Assembly: GCA_964016885.1 (NCBI GenBank) | Contig: OZ024743.1 | Coordinates: 4,464,001 to 4,528,000 of the forward strand | Origin: Eledone cirrhosa | Taxonomy: Eukaryota | DNA length: 64,000 nucleotides | Direction of reading: 5' to 3' | Shown: positions 1 to 14,684 of the stretch, one piece after another | Position numbering within the stretch: the first letter of the stretch is position 1 | Layout of the letters: each line of letters opens with the position of its first letter | Made by a program: the position numbers and the translations under genes | Notes under the pieces: model-generated | Databases searched by the model: none | The model's input: the letters and a program-made list of their open reading frames with translations, nothing else | Told to the model about the DNA's origin: nothing

Positions 1-676
1 ACGTTTTTAGACACATTCATTATCGCATATTTGCACCTATTCTCATCAGCATATCTTTCCATTATTAGTGTGGTAATTTAAGGTTATTAATATATGTTGA
101 GAAGAGATTGTTTTTATATTTTTCTAACTAGATTAAGGTTTATATAGTTGGGGGATGTCCCTCTTTTATGTAATATTCGGCTTGTAGTGGGAAAAAAGGG
201 TTTTAGTTCTGTGACGGCAGAATAATGTTCGTTCAATTCTGTTATTCAGCAGTTTCTTCTTGTGTGTGATTATGTAATAAATCTCAAGATTACACAATTT
301 GCAGAAATTTTGGCTCCTGGAAAAGCTTTGGGTTTTAGCTAATTTCTCCCATTTTAGGGTAAACTTTCTGCAAAATGTGTAATCTTGAGATTTATTACAT
401 AATCACACACAAGAAGAAACTGCTGAATAACAGAATTGAACGAACATTATTCTGCCGTCACAGAACTAAAACCCTTTTTTCCCACTACAAGCCGAATATT
501 ACATAAAAGAGGGACATCCCCCAACTATATAAACCTTAATCTAGTTAGAAAAATATAAAAACAATCTCTTCTCAACATATATTAATAACCTTAAATTACC
601 ACACTAATAATGGAAAGATATGCTGATGAGAATAGGTGCAAATATGCGATAATGAATGTGTCTAAAAACGTCCATA
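1..676. mobile_element. Penelope-like (Naiad-type) 3' end present as an inverted pseudo-LTR palindrome
   Basis: 1-310 is the near-perfect reverse complement of 361-671. The minus strand from 360 reads TLKWEKLAKTQSFSRSQNFCKLCNLEIYYIITHKKKLLNNRIERTLFCRH, matching the PLE GIY-YIG C-terminal pattern CxLCxxE...LLNxRxE...CRH. Confidence 0.8.
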
Positions 677-773
677 AGTATGTATATATATGTGAAAATG
701 TATATAAATAAGTAAATATATATATATGTTTGATGTGTATAGTTAGATGTAAGTGTATTCATGTATTAAAGTG

Positions 774-912
<139 letters not shown>

Positions 913-1184
913 ATATGTGTATATAGATGTGTATGTGTGTACACATGGACTAGAGTATGTATGTATATATGTGTGTGTCTATACGTGTGTATATAAAGAT
1001 AAGTTGAGTATGAAAATGTATACACATGAGCGCGTATGTATGTACATGAATACATGTGTGTATATATATGTGTATGCATGTGTATATATATGTAAGTATG
1101 AATATGTGAATTGTGAGTATATGTATTTTGTAGAGGTGTGCAAATATATTTGTGTGTGAATGCGTGGGTGAAAGGATACGTACA

Positions 1185-1725
1185 CTTGAAAGAAAAATTT
1201 AAGTCTGAATGTTAATTAAGTGCAAACACAAAACCAACCACGCATATCTTTACTATCTCTAATCCTTCTATAGATTTAGAAAAATAACCAATAATATATT
1301 ATATAAAAAATGTCAAAACAACAGATGGGAATCTAATTACTCACTGCCACCAAGAATTCTCACTGCTATCGAAAAACCACTCCTTCAACTATTCTTCTAA
1401 CAACTTCACCCCTCCCTCCTAATATTCTCTATAAAAACTAAATAGGTCCTCAGTAATATTATTCTGATGAAATGACATTAAATAATAACATTGAAATATT
1501 GAATGTCTGCATAACTAAAAGTTTGTAGATAGCAGCTGTTTTAGGTTATGTAACTGTTATAGAAACACGTGTCAATAAATTCCTTTCAACTAAACTGTAT
1601 CCATTCAAATCTTTCTATTTTTCTCCGGATTACTTTTGGAACTACAACTGGAACCGTCGAGCAAACTCTACGTGAGCTGATAATCTACTGTGTGTAATAT
1701 TTATATTACAACACAACGGAAAATA
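1185..1725 (+). mobile_element. Penelope-like 3' fragment (end of endonuclease, 3' UTR/pLTR)
   Basis: Remnant ...KCKHKTNHAYLYYL* resembles the Naiad CRH terminus and is followed by a hammerhead motif and AATAAA. Confidence 0.55.
1459..1578 (+). ncRNA. Type I hammerhead ribozyme with extended stem II
   Basis: TTATT-CTGATGA-aATGACA...TGTTATa-GAAAC-ACGT-GTC-AATAA. Stem I TTATT/AATAA; palindromic stem III ACACGTGT. Confidence 0.7.
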
Positions 1726-1759
1726 CTTTATATATATATATGTATATATATATATGTAT

Positions 1760-1791
<32 letters not shown>

Positions 1792-1813
1792 GTATATATG
1801 TATATGTATATAT

Positions 1814-1896
<83 letters not shown>

Positions 1897-2162
1897 ATAT
1901 ATATGTATATATATGTTATATATATATATGTTATATATATATATATATATATATTGTTATGCTTTGGGAGGGTCATGTTGCCAATAAAGAATCGCTGCTT
2001 TCACCCTTAACGGGATCTTCTGCTCTATGGTTATATATATATTATCCTTATCGAGCCTTCTTTGGATTTAGTCTTCACATTTACTATTATTACTATATAT
2101 ATATATATAGTGAAATAAGATAACAAGGACGATTGGTTACTCCTTCATTATGTTTATTGGTT

Positions 2163-2250
2163 GGTGACGGGCGTTTCGCCATTGATCAGCTCAAGGTACG
2201 ATCTGTATCGATATCTGACCCGACTCTGTAATCTGCGGCTCGTCAGACTC
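2163..2250 (-). ncRNA. Hammerhead-like motif
   Basis: Minus strand: GT-CTGACGA-GCC...GGC-GAAAC-GCCC-GTC-AC, then AATAAA. Stem I is short. Confidence 0.5.
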
Positions 2251-2344
2251 CTTGTAATGTTAATAGAAAAATGGATACATGCTGTATGATAAAGTCAGAA
2301 GTTCCTATGTTTGTCATTAAAGTTTATTTTGATTGGTGGATTAT

Positions 2345-2610
2345 TTCACTGAGAGAGTCATGCTGCCATTAAAACACGCGCACCTGGTTTTCACTTCAAT
2401 TTATTATGACTTTCCGGTTCGATAACCGGATGATTGTTTATATATTGTCAAAGCTCTTTCGTCACACATTCTGTGACCTCCCTCAGTGGCTAGGTTTTTA
2501 TTTTGAGTCTCTCCTTTGTTCTGTCCTACACGATCTTGTTTTTGTGTGTTGTGTGGTGTGTGTTTAGTTTGCGCATGCGTTACATCCGGGTGTAGGACAG
2601 AACAAAGGCC
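2345..2610 (+). mobile_element. Dispersed repeat, probable PLE pLTR family A (related copies near 1955, 10480-10810, 12565, 14997-15330, 20850-21470)
   Basis: Shared motif gggagggtcatgttgccaataa...cacctg...cacttcaatttatt...ctctttcgtcacacatt; copies often occur with inverted partners. Confidence 0.6.
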
Positions 2611-2755
2611 TTCTTTTTCGTCACCAGGCAGACTTTACTCGATATTCTCAATTATTATTTAAAAGAATCAACTATTTTTAATGCTGTCATTAGTGTTGGA
2701 ACGCACACATTTCAAATTATAATTGTTACATACATTTCTTAAGCCGACAGTTGTT

Positions 2756-2836
<81 letters not shown>

Positions 2837-3255
2837 TGCGTCTGTGTGTGTGTGTGTGGTGCGTCTGTGTGTGTGTGTCTGTGTATTTATATGTGTGTGT
2901 GCGTGTGTGTGTGTGCGTCTGTGTGTGTGCGTCTGTGTATTTATGTGTGTGTGTGGGGTGGGGGTGGGGGGGGATTTAAATTTAAATTTAAGGTTAAGTT
3001 CAAAATCCAAGAGTTAAAATATTAAGAGGTTGACGAAATCACAATACCAGGAGGTGTTTCTCGTATGCACAGTACTCAATATCCTACTCCATGCTAACTG
3101 GGGTTAATTAGTTGCAGAGTATATCTCTACTGAATTCGGTAACGAGATGGAAAAAAAAATGAATAAATTCCTGAGGGCAATCAGCAATAGTTCTATATGA
3201 CCAATGACTTAACGATCATCAAAGCATCCAATAAAGACATCAACATTACTCATAT

Positions 3256-3738
3256 CTTCTTCTTCTTCTTCTTCTTCTTCTTCTTCTTCTTCTTCTTCTT
3301 CTTCTTCTTCTTCTTCTTCTTCCTGTGAGGGTTATGGGGGTAGAGTCATCAAACACTCCTTCCAGAGGGTCCTGTCAGAAGACCGTCTCCAGCTGGTCCG
3401 GCGTGTTCCCCAAGCGAGACCAACCAAGTTCATTGATATTATCCAACCATTTTGCTCGGTGTCTACCCCTGGGGTCTCCTACCGGTTGGCTTTGCCCGTA
3501 AAATCTGTCCAAAGACTCATCGGAGGAACTCCATTTCGGCCTCTTGTATTCTTGATAGTAGTCTTTCAGTCATTATCCAAGATTCATGACCATAGGTAAG
3601 GATTGGCACGAATACCGAGATAGCGAATTTGACTTTTACACCTAACCACCTTCTTCTGATTACTGAATGCTGAAGCTTGAGCATTATTGCACCAGCTCCT
3701 GCAATTCTTGCACTTAATTTAACCTCTAGCCTTCCACC
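3256..3738 (-). mobile_element. RTE-clade LINE 3' fragment with (GAA)n tail
   Basis: ORF 3517-3792 contains PILTYGHESWIMTERLLSRIQEAEMEFLR, then a G-R-R-P-x-G-R-like C-terminal motif, ending in (GAA)n at 3256-3322. Confidence 0.75.
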
Positions 3739-6700
3739 ACGTATGTGTGTATGAGTAATAATTTCACATGCGTTACTAATGAACATAAACATCAGTCAGT
3801 GTAATTTACTTTGACCTATATTACATGTGGTTTGGCATCGAAGTATGACGGAAGAAAATAGTAGACATTCTGTTCTAGAGAAAATTTTGTGCTAAAAATG
3901 TTATTTTCTATTATCCTACAAGTCTTGGGCTTAATTTCGTGAATTAACTTTTTCTTGAGTTTACTCCAGCTTCCAGATAAAACATTTCGTTGCAGCTAAT
4001 TAATTGAAATGACATTCCTGTGTAAATCGTTGTTCTTTATTTGCATTACACATGATGTATGGATATTTTGAATTATATTGGAAGCACGAAATTGTAAATT
4101 TTAATAATGATATCATTTATAAACAAAGTTTAGCTCTCAATTCCGTTTAATTCATATTGATTACTTTAATTATGCTTTAACGATTGCAGTTTTTCCGCAT
4201 TTGCCACTTATACCTAAATGCAACACCAAACCATCCGCTCAATATTTATGTTCATCACTTGTCACTTTTAGATGCATACCATTTTCAGTTATACGTCGAC
4301 CAAAAAGGCTATAATGAAAATAAGGGAAGAGTTAAACAGAAGAGAAAGCATGCCATGATGATAGCCAACCATCTTGAAAAGGTGGAAAAATGAGAATTTC
4401 AGAATGACGCTTACAGGCTGAAGAGTAATCGGGGAGAAGATAAACATCTAGGAACTATGATGCAGACATAAATGTATGCACACGTGCGAGTGAGGGTGGT
4501 TGTTTTGTTGGTAGAAATCTGTGAGAGTATAAAGGTTGTGATCCGCGTCAGACCATGAGTGTAGTTAGAAGGCTATTTTGCCTATGTATTTTTCTCTACG
4601 GGCAAGAGTATCTACAAGCCCGAGATAGCAAACGAGCGTTGAGACTTTACAGAGGCTGACAAGCTAGATGCGTGTGATGTCATAAATGTGTGCGTTCGGT
4701 CAGCATAATATGCTTACATATGAGTGCACATACAATCACACAGATAAGTAGAGGCACTCTTTATGTGGTACAGAAAGAGAGCGACAATGGCACATGCATG
4801 CAAGTCACCTCTTCCCATAATCATGGATCTGGTCCAGTAGGACACGATGCAGCAGGCCGTAAGAAATACAACCAAGTATCTTGTGCGCTTCCCAATAGTA
4901 CAACCGCCAACTGTCGAACCCCGAAGGATAAAGACCAATGCGGGCGTCGGGAGGGTTGGAACCAGGATATGAAGTGGAATCGGAATAAATTACTAGACTT
5001 TCTGCAAACACAACTCTAAAGGCAGGCAATGTACAAACACGGACACGCATACACACACACTCACGCTCTCACACACACGCACACGCAGACACACGCATAC
5101 ACACACATCCGCATGTACACCTATGTGAAGTGTATAAGTGTAATTAGTGGTATGAATATGTAGGATCCCTATAGTAATGCAATGAATGTACCAAGCGTCC
5201 ACAAGCACAAACATAAATACGCATATACATACTATACACACGTACATACACGCACATATACACGCACACATACATGCAAATATATACATATAAATGTATT
5301 GGAAGGAGTGGCATGTAGAGATATCCGTTGTATGAAACGAATCCCGAAAGAGAGAAATAGAGATGTTCTTGGAGAGCTCATTGATTGTTATAGATTAGTT
5401 TATATTAGAAGAATGGCCATCCCAAAATACATTAGTATCTTATCACGTCTGGTGTTTATCTAATTTTCAGCTTTATAGGTTGGGTGTAGAATTGTTAACT
5501 CTTTCATTAAATAACGAACGTTTTTTGGTTATTATAAACCTACTATCGTTCGGTTTAACAATAGAGTGAGATAGAAATAATACTAATCACGTGTGCGAGT
5601 GTTTGTTCAATGTTTTATCTTTTGATCGACTTGATAGCGAATCGGCATTGATTGATTCCTCGATATGTATATGTTCCTAGACTGGATTAGAACGAGGAAC
5701 CATTATTTCTAAATTATTGTTAGTAATGACCTTATCCACTCGATAAGTAACATTAGCACTCTCTTTCTTTAGAACGAATGTCCATGATTAGAATTCAGTC
5801 TTTATGCATGTACTTAACCAGAAATAAAAATCACGGTAATTTTCAAAACTTATTGTAGATATAAATATTGTAAACATTCCATATAAATGTGAAATTAATA
5901 CTCCATAAAATATAATCTTAACAGCAACAACTCCTACCTATTTAGATATTCAATCATTTCCATATTTGGTTCAACAGTCTTTATGTGACGAATTACTTGA
6001 GAGTGTTAGTGATAAAAGTTGTAAAAATAGCTTTTTCTGTTATCTCTCAGGGCAGACCTAGAGCTAAACAACAACACGAAGCAAAGTATAGACCTTTTAA
6101 AAATCAATTACTGATAAGGGCTGATAATATAATGGTTCGGATTTACAAGATACGTTTGCAATAACTCAAGTAGTCTGTAATCTAGGAAATTCGTTTAGGG
6201 AATCTATCAGAACTTGACAGGACTCCTTGGAAATTGAATGAAATAAGATATGGCCTTAATCTGATAAATATCGACTTAAAGTATTCTTTCAGACAATGAA
6301 TGTAGATTGTTTTCATTTTTCTATTCCTAAAACTTTAGTTGTTCTAATAATAGTGTTTAAATTCCGTAAACTAAAAACGTTTGAAAAGCATTGAATGATC
6401 TTTGTGTGAGAATTGTATTGTTGGTGGATGCCTTTTCAGTTTTATTGAAATGTATAACCCCAAATATTATACATTTACTATAAACTTCAAAGACTATAAA
6501 AGCAAGATCATGTTTCAAACAACTACGTTTTGAAACATATAGATATTGAATAACATTCATATTATGCCATCCTGTGATATTTAAAAAAGAGCAAAATAAT
6601 TTATTAAATGGTATACTGAAGTGGATTGTTATGATATTCCTAAATATACTTCAGCTTTTAATCTATTGATTTATTTTACTCTAAACACAGCCACAACCAA

Positions 6701-7392
6701 CTATACTGAAATAATGTGTTACAATTTAGGATAATGAGATTGCATATTAACTACAATAAGACGACATATACTTGGTTTAAATGTAATAATTTTCGCTTAT
6801 GCATAATAAATAAGGTATTCGGGGAGAATTAAACTCTTCGTGTCTTTCGCAAAAACATTATTCATGTTTCTATAACACAAAGTCATAACAACTCGTCCTT
6901 CTCTGTACAACTTGCAACCAGAAAATTATGAATATGTTTTAATATGCTGTATAAAATATATGAGCAGCTCATACACAAAAACGATAGAACACTGGCCTAT
7001 TAGTTATTGTTATTTTATGTTATGAATTCATATCCCATGAGGTCAATGTTTTTTGTCTCTTGTATGGATAATTACCACTAATATACTGGAATCAATTCGA
7101 TCGATTATCTCATTTCCAATGAAAAGTTAGCTAAATTTGTATTTCACCCACGCATGCAGTATATTTATATGTACATATATATCTCTGTGTGCGCACATGT
7201 TTGTTTGTGCGGGTGCAAAAGGGGGAAGGAGTGTATACATCATTATCAAAGGTTTGTAGTCATGTTGGCTACCAGAGTCAGAATGGAAAAATCAGTGTTT
7301 GCATAGATATATTAATTTGAGGAATTAAATATCAATATATTCACATGTAAAATTGTAAAGATCTTCCAGAAACTGGTCATCACTGAAACATG

Positions 7393-7550
7393 TGGAGGTA
7401 AATTGGCAGAGTCATTAAAACGTCGGATAAAATGGTTTGTCATATTTCCGCTCTCTTCTCTCTAAATTCAAATTCAGCCCTAGTCAACTTTGTTTTTCTT
7501 CCTTTCGAGGTCGATAAAAATGTATCAGTCTTGTACTAGAGTCGATTCTA
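7393..7550 (+). mobile_element. Old, diverged tRNA-derived SINE copy
   Basis: tggcagagtc...ttcaaattc...caactttg...cctttcgaggtcgataaaa resembles the young copies. Confidence 0.6.
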
Positions 7551-7763
7551 CCTCTATGTCTTCTCTCACTTCCTCTCTCTCACTTTGTATCTTTCTCTGG
7601 AAGAAATCTATTTTGTTCAGGCATGAAGAAGAGAGGGGCTCCTCAAGGCTTTAAGATACCCAAGAAACGCCATATGTCACTACAGTGCCCCTACGACTCC
7701 ACCAGAATTTACGGCACCATACTATATCATTGTTGTATGAACATGCTTAAACACACAAAGCAT

Positions 7764-7849
<86 letters not shown>

Positions 7850-7853
<4 letters not shown>

Positions 7854-8742
7854 AAGAAAGAAAAAAGATGAAATCAAAAATGCAACTGGAGTCTTTTTAA
7901 GAATATTTATTTGTTTCCTTTACCGGTTTCACAGATTTTATGCTTTTCAAAAATTGAATTAAGATGGAGGGTTTGTGGTTTTTCTCGCATCTGGTTGTGT
8001 TCGAATGTTAGTTCAGTTTTATGTGGAAAAAAGTGGCCCAAAAATGTTTTTTTTTTATAAATGTAATTTGATTGGTTATGACTGTCACGTGAATAAGTAC
8101 ATTAAAGTTCGCGCCAGTTCGTATTTCGGGGTTCTTTGTTGCCGTTTTCACAGTCACATGATTTGTCATAGAGAGTTTTGTACCAAACAAAAGATCATGG
8201 TCAAGAAAAAAGGGATGGGGAGAATTGTTCTGGTTCAGTGAGTATGGCTGATGTGCTGAGGTGTCAAAATTCAGACTTAAATAAAGATAGATATTTTTAT
8301 TTGTGTGCTGATGTGTGTGTAGGAAAATGATTCCATTAGTAGAAATTGAAAAGGTAGTTATGTCTCTGTGTGGGGAGGGGGGGTATGGTTAGCATGTTAA
8401 GGTGGCTACAGGGTAGAGAATATATATTTGAGTTTGTAGAGAAAGAGAGAGAAATGATTCCATTAGTAGAAATGGTGGAGGGAGTTATGTGTGTGTGGGG
8501 GGGGGGAGTATGGTTAGCATGTTGAGGTGTTAGAGTATTAACGTATGTTAAGGTCTATTTAGCTCTTGTTTTTATTTTCGAATATAAAAGAGGGTGTTAT
8601 GTGTGTGTATGTGTGTATCTATGTATCTGTTTGGATCGTTAGCATGTCATACTGTTAACACATTAATGTATATTAAACTATATTTAATGCTTTCACTCGT
8701 GTAGGACATCTCGTTTATTTTTTCATTTAAAAAAACCTCATT
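7850..8742. mobile_element. Penelope-like fragment, same family as 62511-62820
   Basis: Shares aaatgcaactggagtc...cctttaccggtttc and tttcactcgtgtaggaca...aaacctca with the 62.5-62.8 kb copy. Confidence 0.6.
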
Positions 8743-8805
8743 ATGTTTTATATATATATATATGTGTGTGTGTATATATATATATGTGTGTGTGTGTGTA
8801 TGTAT

Positions 8806-8875
<70 letters not shown>

Positions 8876-8877
8876 TT

Positions 8878-9362
8878 ATAAAAGAAGAAATTAAAAGATG
8901 GTTAAAAAAGTTCCATATATTTTATTATGCGCATTTCGAAAACAACATCATCCAGGGACAAAAATTGTGTTCTCATCAGATAAAATAAGGTAACATGATA
9001 TGAGGCCTAAAAACACTTGTGAACAGGAACGTGCAAAGTCTACATATGACAGAAATATAAGAGTAAGAAAAAGATAGGAAAATAGAAGGAGAAAAAGGAA
9101 AAAGAAAGAGAAGAGAGGAAAAAAGGAAAAAGGAAAGAATGAAGAGAGAGAAAGAGAGAGAGAGACTTTTGATCAGGAACGCTGTCAAAATGAAAACAGC
9201 TGTAAATAACGGTTAAAAAGTAAATTGATGAGGTGTATGTGCGAATATTTTTTAACCATCTTTTAATTTCTTCTTTAATATATACTCCAGTTCTACCAAC
9301 TGTTGAGTGCTACTTATCTGATATATGCATAGTTTTATTGTTCTACAATATTACTCACCTTC
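8878..9362. mobile_element. Repeat family with a short internal inversion, probably PLE-derived; second copy at 25060-25620
   Basis: 8878-8912 is inverted at 9248-9280. Long similarity to 25060-25590. Decayed hammerhead-like GAAATGCGCATA on the minus strand. Confidence 0.6.
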
Positions 9363-9793
9363 TATATTACACACATATATATATATAAATAGCTGTATAC
9401 AGATATGTATTGGAATTTCGTATTTCTAAAGAAATGCGGTATGTTTATAAATAAAAATTTAGAAAGCTGTAGCTATGCAAAAACAACATATATATATGTG
9501 AGTATATATAAATAAATGTATATATATATGTGTGTGTGCGTGCATTTGTGATCATGCTTACACTTATTAACATAGCCGCTGGGGTATCGGGTAAAATGTT
9601 TTGCGGTAACAGTTCTGACTCATTCAGCTCTGCGATCAAATCATGACGAGTTTACTTTGCTTTCAATCTTTCGGGCTCGATAAAAAAGAAGTACTAGCCC
9701 TGTGCACGTGCAACGCTTTCATATTGTGGACATTCCGATGAAGAACGCCTGTCTACACCTTTTCTCGACGTGCCAACCTTATTATGTGTATAC

Positions 9794-9857
<64 letters not shown>

Positions 9858-9858
<1 letters not shown>

Positions 9859-10475
9859 TATTATGATAATAATGGAGCTGCGCGTTGCAAATGGGATACA
9901 TATGAAAAAGTAAGTCCTTCATCAGTGACCCTCCAACCGTCCCAGGCATAGCCTCCTCCTCAACTTTCACTCACTCATTCTCTGTCACTACCTCTCCTCC
10001 TCCTCCTCCTCCTCCTCCTCTTTCTTCCCGCTTGACCTGTCCGATTTCTTTTCTCGCGCGTTCTTGGCCAAGCCGGTATGAATTTGTTTTCTCTCTCTCT
10101 CTCTCTCTCTCTCGTCTGCGACTTCACAGAACTTATGTTTACCGAATTCGCAGACCAGACCCCTTCTTCTTCCCCCCGTTAGACCTGTGCGAAATTCCTT
10201 CCCTGCTCACATTTCAACCAGGTTTGATGGTCTTTTGTCTCTGTTCACGATTTCACCGAGTTTATATTCATAGAAATCTGGGACTTGTCTCTTTCTTCTC
10301 ACTTTCTGTTGCTTAAACCATTTTGTTTGTTCACCCTACGTCCCCTTTATTTACGTGTCCCAACGACTTTTTTTAGCCGTTGTTCGCACCAACCTGAGGT
10401 ATATGGCCCTTAATGCGATGAAATGCCTGGGACGGTTGGAGGGTCACTGATGAAGGACTTACTTTTTCATATATA
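9858..10475. mobile_element. Repeat with inverted termini, probably PLE pLTR; family also at 21553-22385 and 62180-62497
   Basis: 9899-9947 is inverted at 10423-10471. The body is the reverse complement of 21600-22080. Confidence 0.65.
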
Positions 10476-11055
10476 TTATTATACTTGGCAAGGGTCATAT
10501 TGTTGTAATAATATTGCCAATAATAGTAACAGAACACACTCACTGTTTGGTTGGTTTTCGCTTTTGTATCTTTTATATCTCCATAGTTAATTCATTCGGC
10601 AATCAATGTTTATCATTGATTGACCAACGGTCAAAAATACAGATATAAATACATATATATATATATATAGTCTAACAAAGTTCTTTCGTTGCACATCTGC
10701 AACATCATCAGTGGTACTATTACGTTTCCTCCTGTTGTATTGTATGTCTACGCCATTTTTCAAGTATAACAATATCTGTTTCGACACACGATTTCATATC
10801 AAAAGCCTCGCAAAACAAATATATATATATATATAGATATATATATATATATATATATATTTGTTTTGAACAATGAAAATAATACAAAGGCGAAGATAAG
10901 TTCATAATTAGTTCATTGTTTTACGATCATTTCAGAGGCTTGATTGATCATTATGAAAAAATTCATTGACCAATTAATAATGATTATACCACCACATATT
11001 ATTAGTTTCGATATTCTCGATCCATCTCACCGTTTGTTTCAGAAACAATAAACTA

Positions 11056-11235
11056 TAATTGTTTCTACATGTGGCACAAGGCCAGCAATTACCCAGTGCA
11101 TTACTGGTACTTTATTTTATCGATCCCGTAAGGATGAAAGGCAAAGTTAACCTCGACGGGATTTGAACTCAGATCGTAAAGGGACATAACTCTGCTGGAA
11201 ACCATGGCGTCCAACCCTCTACCGATACTGCCAAA
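11056..11235 (-). mobile_element. tRNA-derived SINE (young family)
   Basis: A-box-like TGGCAGTATCGG, B-box-like GAGTTCAAATCC, 3' end ccttgtgc...gtagaaacaatt. Confidence 0.85.
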
Positions 11236-12071
11236 TAAACTATAATGTTTATTAGTAAGATATAAAAGGAGGCTGAAATTCATCAGTTGAATGCTTTAGG
11301 CATTGTTACTGTCGCACTATTTTTCGTCGTGGTACTTAGAGACTGGAGCCGAATGCTACCATTCCATTATACAGCGATTGGAACCTGAAGCCAATCAGTT
11401 GACGGCACTGTGATGACACGTAAGGATTTCAGTTGCTAATGTACTACACTGCTGCCTGTCACATTCACTGTCATAGTCGACAGGGATTAGAATGATTAAT
11501 TACAGTGGATTAACGCGAGTTTTTAACTCGTTTTTTTTTTTATTTGAATTCGGCTACTAACAATTTCTCTCGCTCTCTGTCGAGCTTTTGCTGTTGAGTG
11601 ACTTTAGGCTGCCCTTTATATCCGTTTTAGGATCCACTCATGGCACTATGTGCTGTCTGTCGCACGAGGTGTTACTTGTTCTCTTACTATATAAACCATG
11701 TGCGATATATAGTTACCTGAGTTATCTCTACGTCTGCTGTTCATATAATCCTTACTCCTGTTGAAAAGCCCTAGTATTAACTGACACAGCCACTAATTTA
11801 TGGCGAAACAAACTCTATTTGTAGTTTGTCTGTGTGTTTAATATTTATTGAAATGGTTAGAACATTTTAATTCATTTTTTCCGGTTATTATATATTTTCC
11901 GTTTGTTCATGGATTATATACATCACAGCAAAGTGGTTTTTCAACCCATGTAATTCAAAACACATTACTCTGTTTATTTCTATATATTATATTATAAAGA
12001 GATCGGGTCTCTTTTATTCTTTGAGATCATTAATTACAGGATATTAACGCGAGCTTTTAAATACGTTTTTC

Positions 12072-12104
<33 letters not shown>

Positions 12105-12117
12105 TACATATACATAT

Positions 12118-12191
<74 letters not shown>

Positions 12192-12203
12192 GTATATGTA
12201 TAT

Positions 12204-12267
<64 letters not shown>

Positions 12268-12316
12268 GTATATATATATATATATAAATATATATATATA
12301 AATATATATATGTATA

Positions 12317-12502
<186 letters not shown>

Positions 12503-12592
12503 CATATATATATACATATGTATATGTAAATATATATATATATGTATGTATATACATATGTATATTATTGGCAGCATGACATTCCCAAAGTA

Positions 12593-12736
<144 letters not shown>

Positions 12737-12988
12737 CATATATAATTGAAAAAGTGAAGAATAACATGATCAACAGTACAAAACAGGGATTTATTTACAG
12801 TCTAGACTGTAAATAAATACCTTTTTTATTACTCCAAGATAAACTTACTTAGGAATACAAGTGAAATCATAAACTCGCCACCTACGTAAACCCCTTGTTG
12901 AGTCAAACAACGCCGTACGCTAAAACTATCCATAGTACGAAGTATTCCCAACCTCTAACTGGATTACCTATAACGATATTTTGTTATC

Positions 12989-13027
<39 letters not shown>

Positions 13028-13110
13028 ACCAACACCCCACTCTCCAGAGCATGAAATTAATAAACATTCGTTGTACTGCCTCTCTGTTTTGTCCCTGTTC
13101 AAATTTTTCC

Positions 13111-13146
<36 letters not shown>

Positions 13147-13149
13147 TAT

Positions 13150-13303
13150 ACAATGATATTAAATAAATGGAAACTATAATTGTAAAACCATATTTATTCT
13201 ATTATATATATTTCAAGGGTACCAACATTTTTGGTACCCTTGTTATATATATAATAGAATAAATATAGTTTATAAATATAGTTTCCATTTATTTAACATC
13301 ATT
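13150..13303. repeat. Imperfect palindrome of about 150 bp
   Basis: Arms aatgatattaaataaatggaaactata / tatagtttccatttatttaacatcatt, centred on caagggtacca-acatttt-tggtacccttg. Confidence 0.75.
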
Positions 13304-13389
13304 GAATACTTACTCCAGAAAATCTGTTGAGTGCTCTGAATCAGTTATAAACATCTATATTTCTTGGATTTCCAACAAATTAAATATCT

Positions 13390-13568
<179 letters not shown>

Positions 13569-13686
13569 ATGTATGTATATATATATATATGTATATATAT
13601 ATATGTATGTATATATATATATATATATATGTACATATATATATATATATGTATGTATATAATACATATATGTATATATGTATTAT

Positions 13687-13982
13687 GTCAGGTCACCAGT
13701 TGGTGCTACTGGTAACATGTATCCCAGTACAACCTGTCTCATGGTCGGGTCGTTGGCGACTAAACTGGCAACCCCACCAAGGTTTCTTGGTGAGGAGGGT
13801 GACTTTGGACATCCTGCAGGACTAAAAACAAAACCTGTCAAAGGGCAAAGGAGCTCTTAAGAGTCAATGGCCATCCAAAATCACCGGGAGAGATGACCCC
13901 TTAGCCTTTGTCAAGGCAGAATTCTAGGAGAAGGAAAACTCTGATATAACACCTGCAACCCTGATGGTATCCAATGATGTTG
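13687..13982 (+). mobile_element. RTE-like LINE 5' UTR fragment
   Basis: Contains ctaggagaaggaaaactctga, typical of RTE 5' UTRs. Partly repeated at 14750-14800, and a reverse remnant lies near 49790-49850. Confidence 0.5.
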
Positions 13983-14452
13983 ACTTGTTCTTCTTTTTGG
14001 TAAATATCATCTTGGTTAAGAGAGTGGGACTGGCTTTGTGCAGTGCCTTTGCTCACTATAAAAGCTTCACGGCACAGGCATTGCTTTATATCTGGAGATC
14101 TCTCTGCACTTGTCGTCACATGGTACCATGGGCCCAGCACTATGTGTCAATAATTGTCACAAGTGTAGTGTTTGTACCAGAGTTTTCAAGTCGCTGGCTG
14201 GACTAAAAAGTCACAGTCGTTCAGCGCATCGGTAGGGGTTCTCCTACATGGATATAAAGTAGTGGCCGTACTCGAAAACGAGTTGGCAGCCACCATATAT
14301 GTATATATATATATATGTATGTATATATATATGTATGTATGTATATATATATATATATATATATATGTACATATATATATATATATGTATGTATATATAT
14401 ATGTATATATGTATATATATATATATATGTATGTATATATATATGTATGTAT

Positions 14453-14512
<60 letters not shown>

Positions 14513-14531
14513 ACATATATATATATATATG

Positions 14532-14593
<62 letters not shown>

Positions 14594-14636
14594 TATATAT
14601 ATATATGTATGTATATATATATATATATGTGTGTAC

Positions 14637-14684
<48 letters not shown>

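Noticed and set aside
10445-10470. CTGATGA motifs at ~10447, ~21612, ~22240, ~62473 and ~63319 as hammerheads
   Set aside because: No properly placed stem II-GAAA-stem III could be found.
11056-11235. tRNA genes suggested by A-box and B-box motifs
   Set aside because: No cloverleaf; these are multi-copy SINE heads with long tails.
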